From contig OZ024745.1 in NCBI GenBank assembly GCA_964016885.1, positions 42,098,001 through 42,162,000 of the forward strand: 64,000 nucleotides of DNA, read 5' to 3'. Under the pieces are notes generated by a model that saw only the letters and a program-made list of their open reading frames with translations, was not told the DNA's origin and ran no database searches. A program made the position numbers and the translations under genes. This document shows positions 42,230-55,000 of this stretch, in pieces. Source of the DNA: Eledone cirrhosa. Its lineage: Eukaryota. The number at the start of each line of letters is the position of its first letter. Position 1 is the stretch's first letter.

Positions 42230-45200
42230 CAGTGAACTATAGTCTAACCATTGTTGCAGATGACTAGATGACTAGGCAATAGAATGCAGAGTGACTCCTG
42301 GCTTCAGTGAACTATAGTCTCTCCTTATTGCAGATGACTAGATGACTAGGCAAAAGAATGCAGAGTGACTCCTGATTTCAGTGAACTATAGTCTAACCTT
42401 TGTTGCAGATGACTACATGACTAGGTAATAGAATGCAGAGTGACTCCGGGTTTCAGGGAACTATAGTCTCACCTTGTTGCAGATGACTAGATAACTAGAC
42501 AAAGGAAGGCACAGTCACTCCTGGCTTCAGTGAACTATAGTCTCACCTTATTGCAGATGACTAGATGACTACGCAATAGAATGCAGAGTGACTCCTGGCT
42601 TCTGTGAACTATAGTCTAACCATTGTTGCAGATGACTAGATGACTAGGCAATAGATTACAGAGTGACTCCAGTTTCAGTGAACTATAGGCTCACCTTGTT
42701 GCAGATGACTAGATAACTAGACAAAGGAAGGCACAGTCACTCCTGGCTTCAGTGAACTATAGTCTCACCTTATTGCAGATGACTAGATGACTAGGCAATA
42801 GAATTCAGAGTGACCCCTGACTTCAGTGAAATATAGTCTCACATTATTGCAGATGACTAGATGACTAGCCAATAGAATACAGAGTGACTCCTGGCTTCGA
42901 TCAAATATAGTCTCACCTTATTGCAGATGACTTGATGACTAGGCAATAGAATGCAGAGTAACTCCTGGCTTCAGTGAAGTATAGTCTACCTTTATTGCAG
43001 ATGACTAGATGACTAGGCAATAGAATGCAGAGTGACACCTGGCTTCGGTGAAGTATAGTCTCACCTTATTGCAGATGACTAGATGACTAGGCAATAGAAT
43101 GCAGAGGGACTCCTGGCTTCAGTGAACTATAGTCTCACCTTATTGCAGATGACTACATGAGTAGGCAATAGAATGCAGAGTGACTCCTGGCTTCAGTGAA
43201 CTATAGTCTCACCTTATTGCAGATGACTACATGACTAGGCAATAGAATGCAGAGTGACTCCTGGCTTCAGTGAACTATAGTCTCACCTTATTGCAGATGA
43301 TTAGATGACTAGGCAATAGGATGCAGAGTGACTCCTGGCTTCAGTGAACTATAGTCTCACCTTATTGCAGATGAGTACATGACTAGCCAATAGAATGCAG
43401 AGTGACTCCTGGCTTCAGTGAAATATAGTCTCACATTATTGCAGATGACTAGATGACTAGCCAATAGAATACAGAGTGACTCCTGGCTTCGATCAAATAT
43501 AGTCTCACCTTATTGCAGATGACTTGATGACTAGGCAATAGAATGCAGAGTAACTCCTGGCTTCAGTGAAGTATAGTCTCACTTTATTGCAGATGACTAG
43601 ATGACTAGGCAATAGATTGCAGAGTGACTCCTGGCTTCGGTGAAATATAGTCTCACCTTATTGCAGATAACTAGATGACTAGGCAATAGAATGCAGAGGG
43701 ACTCCTGGCTTCAGTGAACTATAGTCTCACCTTATTGCAGATGACTACATGAGTAGGCAATAGAATGCAGAGTGACTCCTGGCTTCAGTGAACTATAGTC
43801 TCACCTTATTGCAGATGACTACATGACTAGGCAATAGAATGCAGAGTGACTCCTGGCTTCAGTGAACTATAGTCTCACCTTATTGCAGATGACTAGATGA
43901 CTAGGTAATAGAAGGCAGAGTGACTCCTGGCTTCAGTGAACTATAGTCTAACCATTGTTGCAGATGACTAGATGACTAGGCAATAGAATGCAGAGTGACT
44001 CCTGGCTTCAGTGAACTATAGTCTCACCTTATTGCAGATGATTAGATGACTAGGCAATAGGATGCAGAGTGACTCCTGGCTTCAGTGAACTATAGTCTAA
44101 CCATTGTAGCAGATGACTAGATGACTAGGCAATAGAATGCAGAGTGACTCCTGGCTTCAGTGAACTATAGTCTCACGTTATTGCAGAAGACTAGATGACT
44201 AGGCAATAGAATGCAGAGTGACTCCTGGCTTCAGTGAACTATAGTCTCTCCTTATTGCAGATGACTAGATGACTAGGCAAAAGAATGCAGAGTGACTCCT
44301 GATTTCAGTGAACTATAGTCTAACCTTTGTTGCAGATGACTACATGACTAGGTAATAGAATGCAGAGTGACTCCGGGTTTCAGGGAACTATAGTCTCACC
44401 TTGTTGCAGATGACTAGATAACTAGACAAAGGAAGGCACAGTCACTCCTGGCTTCAGTGAACTATAGTCTCACCTTATTGCAGATGACTAGATGACTACG
44501 CAATAGAATGCAGAGTGACTCCTGGCTTCTGTGAACTATAGTCTAACCATTGTTGCAGATGACTAGATGACTAGGCAATAGATTACAGAGTGACTCCAGT
44601 TTCAGTGAACTATAGTCTCACCTTGTTGCAGATGACTAGATAACTAGACAAAGGAAGGCACAGTCACTCCTGGCTTCAGTGAACTATAGTCTCACCTTAT
44701 TGCAGATGACTAGATGACTAGGCAATAGAATTCAGAGTGACCCCTGACTTCAGTGAAATATAGTCTCACATTATTGCAGATGACTAGATGACTAGCCAAT
44801 AGAATACAGAGTGACTCCTGGCTTCGATCAAATATAGTCTCACCTTATTGCAGATGACTTGATGACTAGGCAATAGAATGCAGAGTAACTCCTGGCTTCA
44901 GTGAAGTATAGTCTACCTTTATTGCAGATGACTAGATGACTAGGCAATAGAATGCAGAGTGACACCTGGCTTCGGTGAAGTATAGTCTCACCTTATTGCA
45001 GATGACTAGATGACTAGGCAATAGAATGCAGAGGGACTCCTGGCTTCAGTGAACTATAGTCTCATCTTATTGCAGATGACTACATGAGTAGGCAATAGAA
45101 TGCAGAGTGACTCCTGGCTTCAGTGAACTATAGTCTCACCTTATTGCAGATGACTACATGACTAGGCAATAGAATGCAGAGTGACTCCTGGCTTCAGTGA

Positions 45201-46020
45201 ACTATAGTCTCACCTTATTGCAGATGATTAGATGACTAGGCAATAGGATGCAGAGTGACTCCTGGCTTCAGTGAACTATAGTCTCACCTTATTGCAGATG
45301 AGTACATGACTAGCCAATAGAATGCAGAGTGACTCCTGGCTTCAGTGAAATATAGTCTCACATTATTGCAGATGACTAGATGACTAGCCAATAGAATACA
45401 GAGTGACTCCTGGCTTCGATCAAATATAGTCTCACCTTATTGCAGATGACTTGATGACTAGGCAATAGAATGCAGAGTAACTCCTGGCTTCAGTGAAGTA
45501 TAGTCTCACTTTATTGCAGATGACTAGATGACTAGGCAATAGATTGCAGAGTGACTCCTGGCTTCGGTGAAATATAGTCTCACCTTATTGCAGATAACTA
45601 GATGACTAGGCAATAGAATGCAGAGGGACTCCTGGCTTCAGTGAACTATAGTCTCACCTTATTGCAGATGACTACATGAGTAGGCAATAGAATGCAGAGT
45701 GACTCCTGGCTTCAGTGAACTATAGTCTCACCTTATTGCAGATGACTACATGACTAGGCAATAGAATGCAGAGTGACTCCTGGCTTCAGTGAACTATAGT
45801 CTCACCTTATTGCAGATGACTAGATGACTAGGTAATAGAAGGCAGAGTGACTCCTGGCTTCAGTGAACTATAGTCTAACCATTGTTGCAGATGACTAGAT
45901 GACTAGGCAATAGAATGCAGAGTGACTCCTGGCTTCAGTGAACTATAGTCTCACCTTATTGCAGATGATTAGATGACTAGGCAATAGGATGCAGAGTGAC
46001 TCCTGGCTTCAGTGAACTAT
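42230..46020. repeat. Tandem higher-order duplication, 2 x 1927 bp (~26 monomers)
   Basis: taacctttg lies at 42394 and 44321, and atgagtacat at 43371 and 45298. Confidence 0.88.
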
Positions 46021-49000
46021 AGTCTAACCTTATTGCAGATGACTACATGACTAGCCAATAGAATGCAGAGTGACTCCTGGCTTCAGTGAACTATTGTCTC
46101 ACCTTATTGCAGATGACTAGATGACTAGGTAATAGAATGCAGAGTGACTCCTGGCTTCAGTGAACTATAGTCTAACCATTGTTGCAGATGACTAGATGAC
46201 TAGGCAATAGAATGCAGAGTGACTCCTGGCTTCAGTGAACTATAGACTCACCTTATTTCAGATGACTACATGACTAGGGAATAGAATGCAGAGTGACTCC
46301 TGGCTTCAGTGAACTATAGTCTCACCTTATTGCAGATGACTAGATGACTAGCCAATAGAATACAGAGTGACTCCTGGCTTGGGTCAACTATAGTCTCACC
46401 TTATTGCAGATGACTTGATGACTAGGCAATAGAATGCAGAGTGACTCCTGGCTTAAGTGAAGTATAGTCTCACTTTATTGCAGATGACTAGATGACTAGG
46501 CAAAAGAATGCAGAGTGACTCCTGATTTCAGTGAACTATAGTCTAACCATTGTTGCAGATGACTAGATGACTGGGCAATAGAATGCAGAGTGACTCCTGG
46601 CTTCTGTGAACTATAGTTTAACCATTGTTGCAGATGACTAGATGACTAGGCATTAGATTGCAGAGTGACTCCGGGTTTCAGGGAACTATAGGCTCATCTT
46701 ATTGCAGATGACTAGGTGACTACACAATAGAATACAGATTGACTCCAGTTTCAGTGAACTATAGTCTCGCCTTATTGCAGATGACTAGATGACTAGGCAA
46801 TATAATGCAGAGTGACTCCTGGCTTCTGTGAACTATAGTCTAACCATTGTTGCAGATGACTAGATGACTGGGCAATAGAATGCAGAGTGACTCCTGGCTT
46901 CAGTGAAATATAGTCTCACCTTATTGCAGATGACTAGATGACAAGCCAATAGAATACAGTGTGACTCCTGGCTTCAGTGAACTATAGTCTAACCTTATTG
47001 CAGATGACTTGAAGAATAGGCAATATAATGCAGAGTAACTCCTGGCTTCAGTGAAGTATAGTCTCACTTTATTGCAGATGACTAGATGACTAGGCAATAG
47101 AATGCAGAGTGACTCCTGGCTTCAGTGGACTATAGTCTGACCATTGTTGCAGATGACTAGATGACTAGGCAATAGAATGTAGAGTGACTCCTAGCTTCAG
47201 TGAACTATAGTCTCACCTTATTGCAGATGACTAGATGACTAGCCAATAGAATACAGAGTGACTCCTGGCTTCGGTCAACTATAGTCTCACCTTATTGCAG
47301 ATGACTTGATGACTAGGCAATAGAATGCAGAGTGACTCCTGGCCTCAGTGAAGTATAGTCTCACCTTATTTCAGATGACTACATGACTAGGCAATAGAAT
47401 GCAGAGTGACTCCTGGCTTCGGTGAAGTATAGTCTCACCTTATTGCAGATGACTAGATGACTAGGCAATAGAATGCAGAGTGATTCCTGGCTTCAGTGAA
47501 CTATAGTCTCACCTTATTGCAGATGAATAGATGACTAGGCAATAGAATGCAGAGTGACTCCTGGCTTCAGTGAAGTATAGTCTCACCTTAATTCAGATGA
47601 CTACATAACTAGGCAATAGAATGCAGAGTGACTCCTGGCTTCTGTGAACTATAGTCTAACCATTGTTGCAGATGACTAGATGACTAGGCATTAGATTGCA
47701 GAGTGACTCCGGGTTTCAGGGAACTATAGGCTCATCTTATTGCAGATGACTTGATGACTACACAATAGAATGCAGAGTGAATCCTGGCTTCAGTGAACTA
47801 TAGTCTCACCTTATTGCAGATGACTAGATGACCAGGCAATAGAATGCAGAGTGACTCCTGGCTTCTGTGAACTATAGTCTCACCTTATTGCAGATGACTT
47901 GATGACTAAGCAATAGAATGCAGAGTGACTCCTGGCCTCAGTGAAGTATAGTCTCACCTTATTTCAGATGACTACATGGCTAGGCAATAGAATGCAGAGT
48001 GACTCCTAGCTTCGGTGAAGTATAGTCTCACCTTATTGCAGATGACTAGATGACTAGGCAATAGATTAGAGTGTTACTCCGGTTTCAGTTAACTATAGTC
48101 TCACCTTATTGCAGATAACTAGATGTCTAGGCAATAGAATGCAGAGTGACTCCTGGCTTCTGTGAACTATAGTCTAACCATTGTTGCAGATGACTAGATG
48201 ACTAGGCAAAAGAATGCAGAGTGACTCCTGATTTCAGTGAACTATAGTCTAATCATTGTTGCAGATGACTAGATGACTGGGCAATAGAATGCAGAGTGAC
48301 TCCTGGCTTCTGTGAACTATAGTCTAACCATTGTTGCAGATGACTAGATGACTAGGCATTAGATTGCAGAGTGACTCCGGGTTTCAGGGAACTATAGGCT
48401 CATCTTATTGCAGATGACTTGATGACTACACAATAGAATGCAGAGTGAATCCTGGCTTCAGTGAACTATAGTCTCACCTTATTGCAGATGACTAGATGAC
48501 CAGGCAATAGAATGCAGAGTGACTCCTGGCTTCTGTGAACTATAGTCTCACCTTATTGCAGATGACTTGATGACTAAGCAATAGAATGCAGAGTGACTCC
48601 TGGCCTCAGTGAAGTATAGTCTCACCTTATTTCAGATGACTACATGGCTAGGCAATAGAATGCAGAGTTACTCCGGTTTCAGTGAACTATAGTCTCACCT
48701 TATTGCAGATGACTAGATGTCTAGGCAATAGAATGCAGAGTGACTCCTGGCTTCTGTGAACTATAGTCTAACCATTGTTGCAGATGACTAGATGACTAGG
48801 CAAAAGAATGCAGAGTGACTCCTGATTTCAGTGAACTATAGTCTAACCATTGTTGCAGATGACTAGATGACTGGGCAATAGAATGCAGAGTGACTCCTGG
48901 CTTCTGTGAACTATAGTCTAACCATTGTTGCAGATGACTAGATGACTAGGCATTAGATTGCAGAATGACTCCGGGTTTCAGGGAACTACAGGCTCATCTT

Positions 49001-52000
49001 ATTGCAGATGACTAGATGACTACACAATAGAATACAGAGTGACTCCTGGCTTCTGTGAACTATAGTCTATACATTGTTGCAGATGACTAGATGACTAGGC
49101 AATAGAATGCATAGTGACTCCTGGCTTCAGTGAACTATAGTCTCACCTTGTTGCAGATGACTAGATGACTAGGCAAAAGAATGCAGAGTGACTCCTGACT
49201 TCAGTGAAGTATAGTCTAACCATTGTTGCAGATGACTAGATGACTAGGCAATACAATGCAGAGTGACTCCTGGCTTCAGTGAAGTTCAGTCTCACCTTAT
49301 TGCAGATGACTAAATCACTAGACAATAGAATGCAGAGTGACTCCTGGCTTCTGTGAACTATAGTCTCACCTTATTGTAGATGATTAGATGACTACGCAAT
49401 AGAATGCAGAGTGACTCCTGGCTTCAGGGAACTGTAGTCTCACATTATTGCAGATGACTAGAAGACTAGGCAATAGAATACAGAGTGACTCCTGGCTTCT
49501 GTGAGTTATAGTCTAACCATTGTTGCAGATGACTAGATGACTGGGCAATGGAATGCAGAGTGACTCCTGGCTTCTGTGAACTATAGTCTAACCATTGTTG
49601 CAGATGACTAGATGACTGGGAAATAGAATGCAGAATGACTCCTGGCTGCAGTGAAATATAGTCTCACCTTATTGTAGATGACTAGATGACTACGCAATAG
49701 AATGCAAAGTGACTCCTGGCTTCAGGGAACTATAGTCTCACATTATTGCAGATGACTAGAAGACTAGGCAATAGAATGCAGAGTGACTCCTGGCTTCTGT
49801 GAACTGTAGTCTAACCATTGTTGCAGATGACTAGATGATTAGGCAATAGATTGCAGAATGACTCCGGGCTTCAGTGAGGTATAGTCTCACCTTATTGCAG
49901 ATTACTAGATGACTAGGCAATAGATTGCAGTGTGACTCCGGGCTTCAGTGAAGTATCGTCTCACCTTATCGCAGATGACTAGATGACTAGGGAATAGAAT
50001 GCAGAGTGACTCCTGGCTTCAGTGAACTATAGTCTCACCTTATTGCAGATGACTAAATGACAAGGCAATAGAATGCAGAGTGACTCATGGCTTCAGTTAA
50101 CTATAGTCTCACCTTATTGCAGATGACTAGATGACTAGGCAATAGAATGCAGAGTGACTCCTGGCTTCAGTGAACTATAGTCTCACCTTATTGCAGATGA
50201 CTAGATGACTAGGCAATAGAATGCAGAGTGACTCGGGGCTTCATTGAAGTATAGTCTAACCATTGTTGCAGATGACAAGATAACTAGGCAATAGAATGCA
50301 CAGTGACTCCTGGCTTCAGTGAACTATAGGCTCACCTTATTGCAGATGACTAGATGACTAACCATTGTTGCAGATGACAAGATGAATAGCCAATAGAATA
50401 CAGAGTGACTCCTGGCTTCTGTGAGGTACAGTCTAACCATTGTTGCAGATGACTACATGACTGGGCAATGGAATGCAGAGTGACTCCTGGCTTCTGTGAA
50501 CTATAGTCTAACCATTGTTGCAGATGACTAGATGACTGGGAAATAGAATGCAGAATGACTCCTGGCTGCAGTGAAATACAGTCTCACCTTATTGTAGATG
50601 ACTAGATGACTACGCAGTAGAATGCAGAGTGACTCCTGGCTTCAGGGAACTATAGTCTCTCATTATTGCAGATGACTAGATGACTAGGCAATAGAATGCA
50701 GAGCGACACCTGGCTACAGTGAACTATAGTCTCACCTTATTGCAGATGACTAGATGACTAGGCAATAAAATGCAGAGTGACTCCTGGCTTCAGTGAACTA
50801 TAGTCTCACCTTATTGCAGATGACTAGATGACTAGGCAATAGAATGCAGAGTGACTCGGGGATTCATTGAAGTATAGTCTAAGCATTGTGGCAGATGACA
50901 AGATAACTAGGCAATAGAATGCAGATGTGACTCCTGGCTTCAGTGAACTATAGGCTCACCTTATTGCAGAAGACTAGATGACTAGGCAATAGAATGCAGA
51001 GTGACTCCTGGCTTCAGTGAACTATAGTCTAACCTTAATTCAGATGACTAGATGACTAGGCAATAGAATGCAGAGTGACTGCTGGCTTCAGTGAACTATA
51101 GTCTCACCTTATTGCAGATGACTAGAAGACTAGGCAATAGAATGCAGAGTGACACCTGGCTTCTGTGAACTGTAGTCTAACCATTGTTGCAGACGATTAG
51201 ATGACTAGGCAATAGAATGCAGAGTGACTCCTGGCTTCGGTGAAGTATAGTCTAACCATTTTTGCAGATGACTAGATGGCTAGGCAATACAATGCAGAGT
51301 GACTCCTGGCTTCAGTGAAGTATAGTCTCACCTTATTGCAGATGACTAGATGACTAGTCAATAGAATGCAGAGTGACTCCTGGCTTCAGTTAACTATAGT
51401 GTCACCTTATTGCAGATGACTAGATGACTAGGCAATAGAATGCAGAGTGACTGATGGCTTCAGTGAACTATAGTCTCACCTTATTGCGGATGACTAGATG
51501 ACTAGGCAATAGAATGCATAGTGACTCCTGGCTTCAGTGAACTATAGTCTCACCTTGTTGCAGATGACTAGATGACTAGGCAAAAGAATGCAGAGTGACT
51601 CCTGACTTCAGTGAAGTATAGTCTAACCATTGTTGCAGATGACTAGATGACTAGGCAATACAATGCAGAGTGACTCCTGGCTTCAGTGAAGTTCAGTCTC
51701 ACCTTATTGCAGATGACTAATTCACTAGACAATAGAATGCAGAGTGACTCCTGGCTTCAGTGAAGTATAGTCTCACTTTATTGCAGATGACTAGATGACT
51801 AGGCAATAGAATGCAGAGTGACTGATGGCTTCAGTGAACTATAGTCTCACCTTATTGCGGATGACTAGATGACTAGGCAATAGAATGCATAGTGACTCCT
51901 GGCTTCAGTGAACTATAGTCTCACCTTGTTGCAGATGACTAGATGACTAGGCAAAAGAATGCAGAGTGACTCCTGGCTTCGGTGAAGTATAGTCTAACCA

Positions 52001-55000
52001 TTGTTGCAGATGACTAGATGACTAGGCAATACAATGCAGAGTGACTCCTGGCTTAAGTGAAGTTCAGTCTCACCTTATTGCAGATGACTAAATGACTAGA
52101 CAATAGAATGCAGAGTGACACCTGGCTTCAGTGAAGTATAGTCTCACCTTATTGCAGATGACTAGATGACAAGGCAATAGAATGCAGAGTGAGTCCTGGC
52201 TTCAGTGAACTATAGTCTAACCATTGTTGCAGATGACTAGATAACTAGGCAATAGATTGCAGAGTGACTCCGGGCTTCAGTGAAGTATAGTCGCACCTTA
52301 TTGCAGATGACTAGATGACAAGGCAATAGATTGCAGCGTGATTCCGGGCTTCAGTGAATTATAGTCTCACCTTATTGCAGATGACTAGATGACTAGTCAA
52401 TAGAATGCAGAGTGAGTCCTGGTTTCAGTGAACTATAGTCTCACCTTATTGCAGATGACTAGATGAATAGGCAATAGAATGCAGAGTGACTCCTGGCTTC
52501 AGTGAAGTATAGACTCATCTTATTGAAGATGACTAGATGACTAGGCAATAGAATGCAGAGTGACTCCTGGCTTCAGTGAAGTATAGTCTAACCATTGTTG
52601 CAGATGACTAGATGACTAGGCAATAGAATGCAGAGTGACTCCTGTCTTCAGTGAACTATAGGCTCACCTTATTGAAGATGACTAGATGACTAGGCAATAG
52701 AATACAGAGTGATTCCTGACTTCAGTGAACTGTAGTCTAAGCTTATTGCGTATGACTAGATGACTAGGCAATAGAATGCAGAGTGACTCCTGCCTTCAGT
52801 GAACTATAGTCTCACCTTATTGCAGATGACTAGATGACTAGGCAAAAGAATGCAGAGTGACTCCTGACTTCAGTGAACTATAGTCTAACCATTGTTGCAG
52901 ATGACTAGATGACTACGCAATAGAATGCAGAGTGACTCCTGGCTTCTGTGAACTATAGTCTAACCATTGTTGCAGATGACTAGATGACTAGGCAATAGAT
53001 TGCAGAGAGAGTCCGGGTTTCAATGAACTATTGTCTCACGTTATTGCAGATGACTAGATGACTAGGCAATAGAATGCAGAATGACTCCTGGCTTCAGTGA
53101 AATATAGTCTCACATTATTGCAGATGACTAGATGACTAGCCAATAGAATACAGAGTCACTCCTGGCTTCGGTCAACTATAGTCTCACCTTATTTCAGATG
53201 ACTAGATGACTAGGCAATAGAATGCTGAGTGACTCCTGGCTTCGGTGAAGTATAGTATAACCATTGTTGCAGATGACTAGATGACGAGGCAATAGAATGC
53301 AGAGTGACTCTTGGCTTCAGTGAACTATAGTCTCACCTTATTGCAGATGACTAGATGACAAGGCAATAGAATGCAGAGTGACTCCTGGTTTCGGTGAAGT
53401 ATAGTCTAACCATTGTTGCAGATGACTAGATGACTAGGCAATACAATGCAGAGTGACTCGGGGCTTCATTGAAGTATAGTCTAAGCATTGTGGCAGATGA
53501 CAAGATGACTAGGCAATAGAATGCAGATGTGACTCCTGGCTTCAGTGAACTATAGGCTCACCTTATTGCAGAAGACTAGATGACTAGGCAATAGAATGCA
53601 GAGTGACTCCTGGCTTCAGTGAACTATAGTCTAACCTTAATTCAGATGACTAGATGACTAGGCAATACAATGCAGAGTGACTCCTGGCTTCAGTGAAGTT
53701 CAGTCTCACCTTATTGCAGATGACTAAATCACTAGACAAAAGAATGCAGAGTGACTCCTGGCTTCGCTGAAGTATAGTCTAACCAATGTTGCAGATGACT
53801 AGATGACTAGGCAATACAATTCAGAGTGACTCCTGGCTTGAGTGAAGTTCAGTCTCACCTTATTGCAGACGACTAAATGACTAGACAATAGAATGCAGAG
53901 TGACACCTGGCTTCAGTGAAGTATAGTCTCACCTTATTGCAGATGACTAGACGACTAGGCAATAGAATGCAGAGTGAGTCCTGGCTTCAGTGAAATATAG
54001 TCTCACCTTATTGCAGATGACTAGATGACTAGCCAATAGAATACAGAGTCACTCCCGGCTTCGGTCAACTATAGTCTCACCTTATTTCAGATGACTAGAT
54101 GACTAGGCAATAGAATGCAGAGTGACTCCTGCCTTCGGTGAAGTATAGTCTAACCATTGTTGCAGATGACTAGATGACTAGGCAATAGAATGCAGAGTGA
54201 CTCCTGGCTTCAGTGAACTATAGTCTAACCATTGTTGCAAATGACTAGATGACTAGGCAATAGATTGCAGCGTGACTCCGGGCTTCAGTGAACTGTAGTC
54301 TCAGCTTATTGCACATGACTAGATGACTAGGCAATAGAATGCAGAGGGACTCCTGGCTTCAGTGAACTATAGTCTCACCTTATTGCAGATGACTAGATGA
54401 CTAGGCAATAGAATGCAGAGTGACTCCTGGCTTCAGTGAAGTATAGACTCACCTTATTGCAGATGACTAGATGACTAGGCAATAGAATGCAGAGTGACTC
54501 CTGGCTTCAGTGAAGTATAGTCTAACCATTGTTGAAGATGACTAGATGACTAGTCAATAGAATGCAGAGTGACTCCTGTCTTCAGTGAACTATAGGCTCA
54601 CCTTATTGAAGATGACTAGATGACTAGGCAATAGAATACAGAGTGACTCCTGACTTCAGTGAACTGTAGTCTCAGCTTATTGCACATGACTAGATGACTA
54701 GGCAATAGAATGCAGAGGGACTCCTGGCTTCAGTGAACTATAGTCTCAGCTTATTGCGAATGACTAGATGACTAGGCAATAGAATGCAGAGTGACTCCTG
54801 ACTTCAGTGAACTATAGTCTCACCTTATTGCAGATGACTAGATGACTAGGAAAAGAATGCAGAGTGACTCCTAACTTCAGTGAAGTATAGTCTAACCATT
54901 GTTGCAGATGACTAGATGACTACGCAATAGAATGCAGAGTGACTCCTGGCTTCTGTGAACTATAGTCTAACCATTGTTGCAGATGACTAGATGACTAGGC

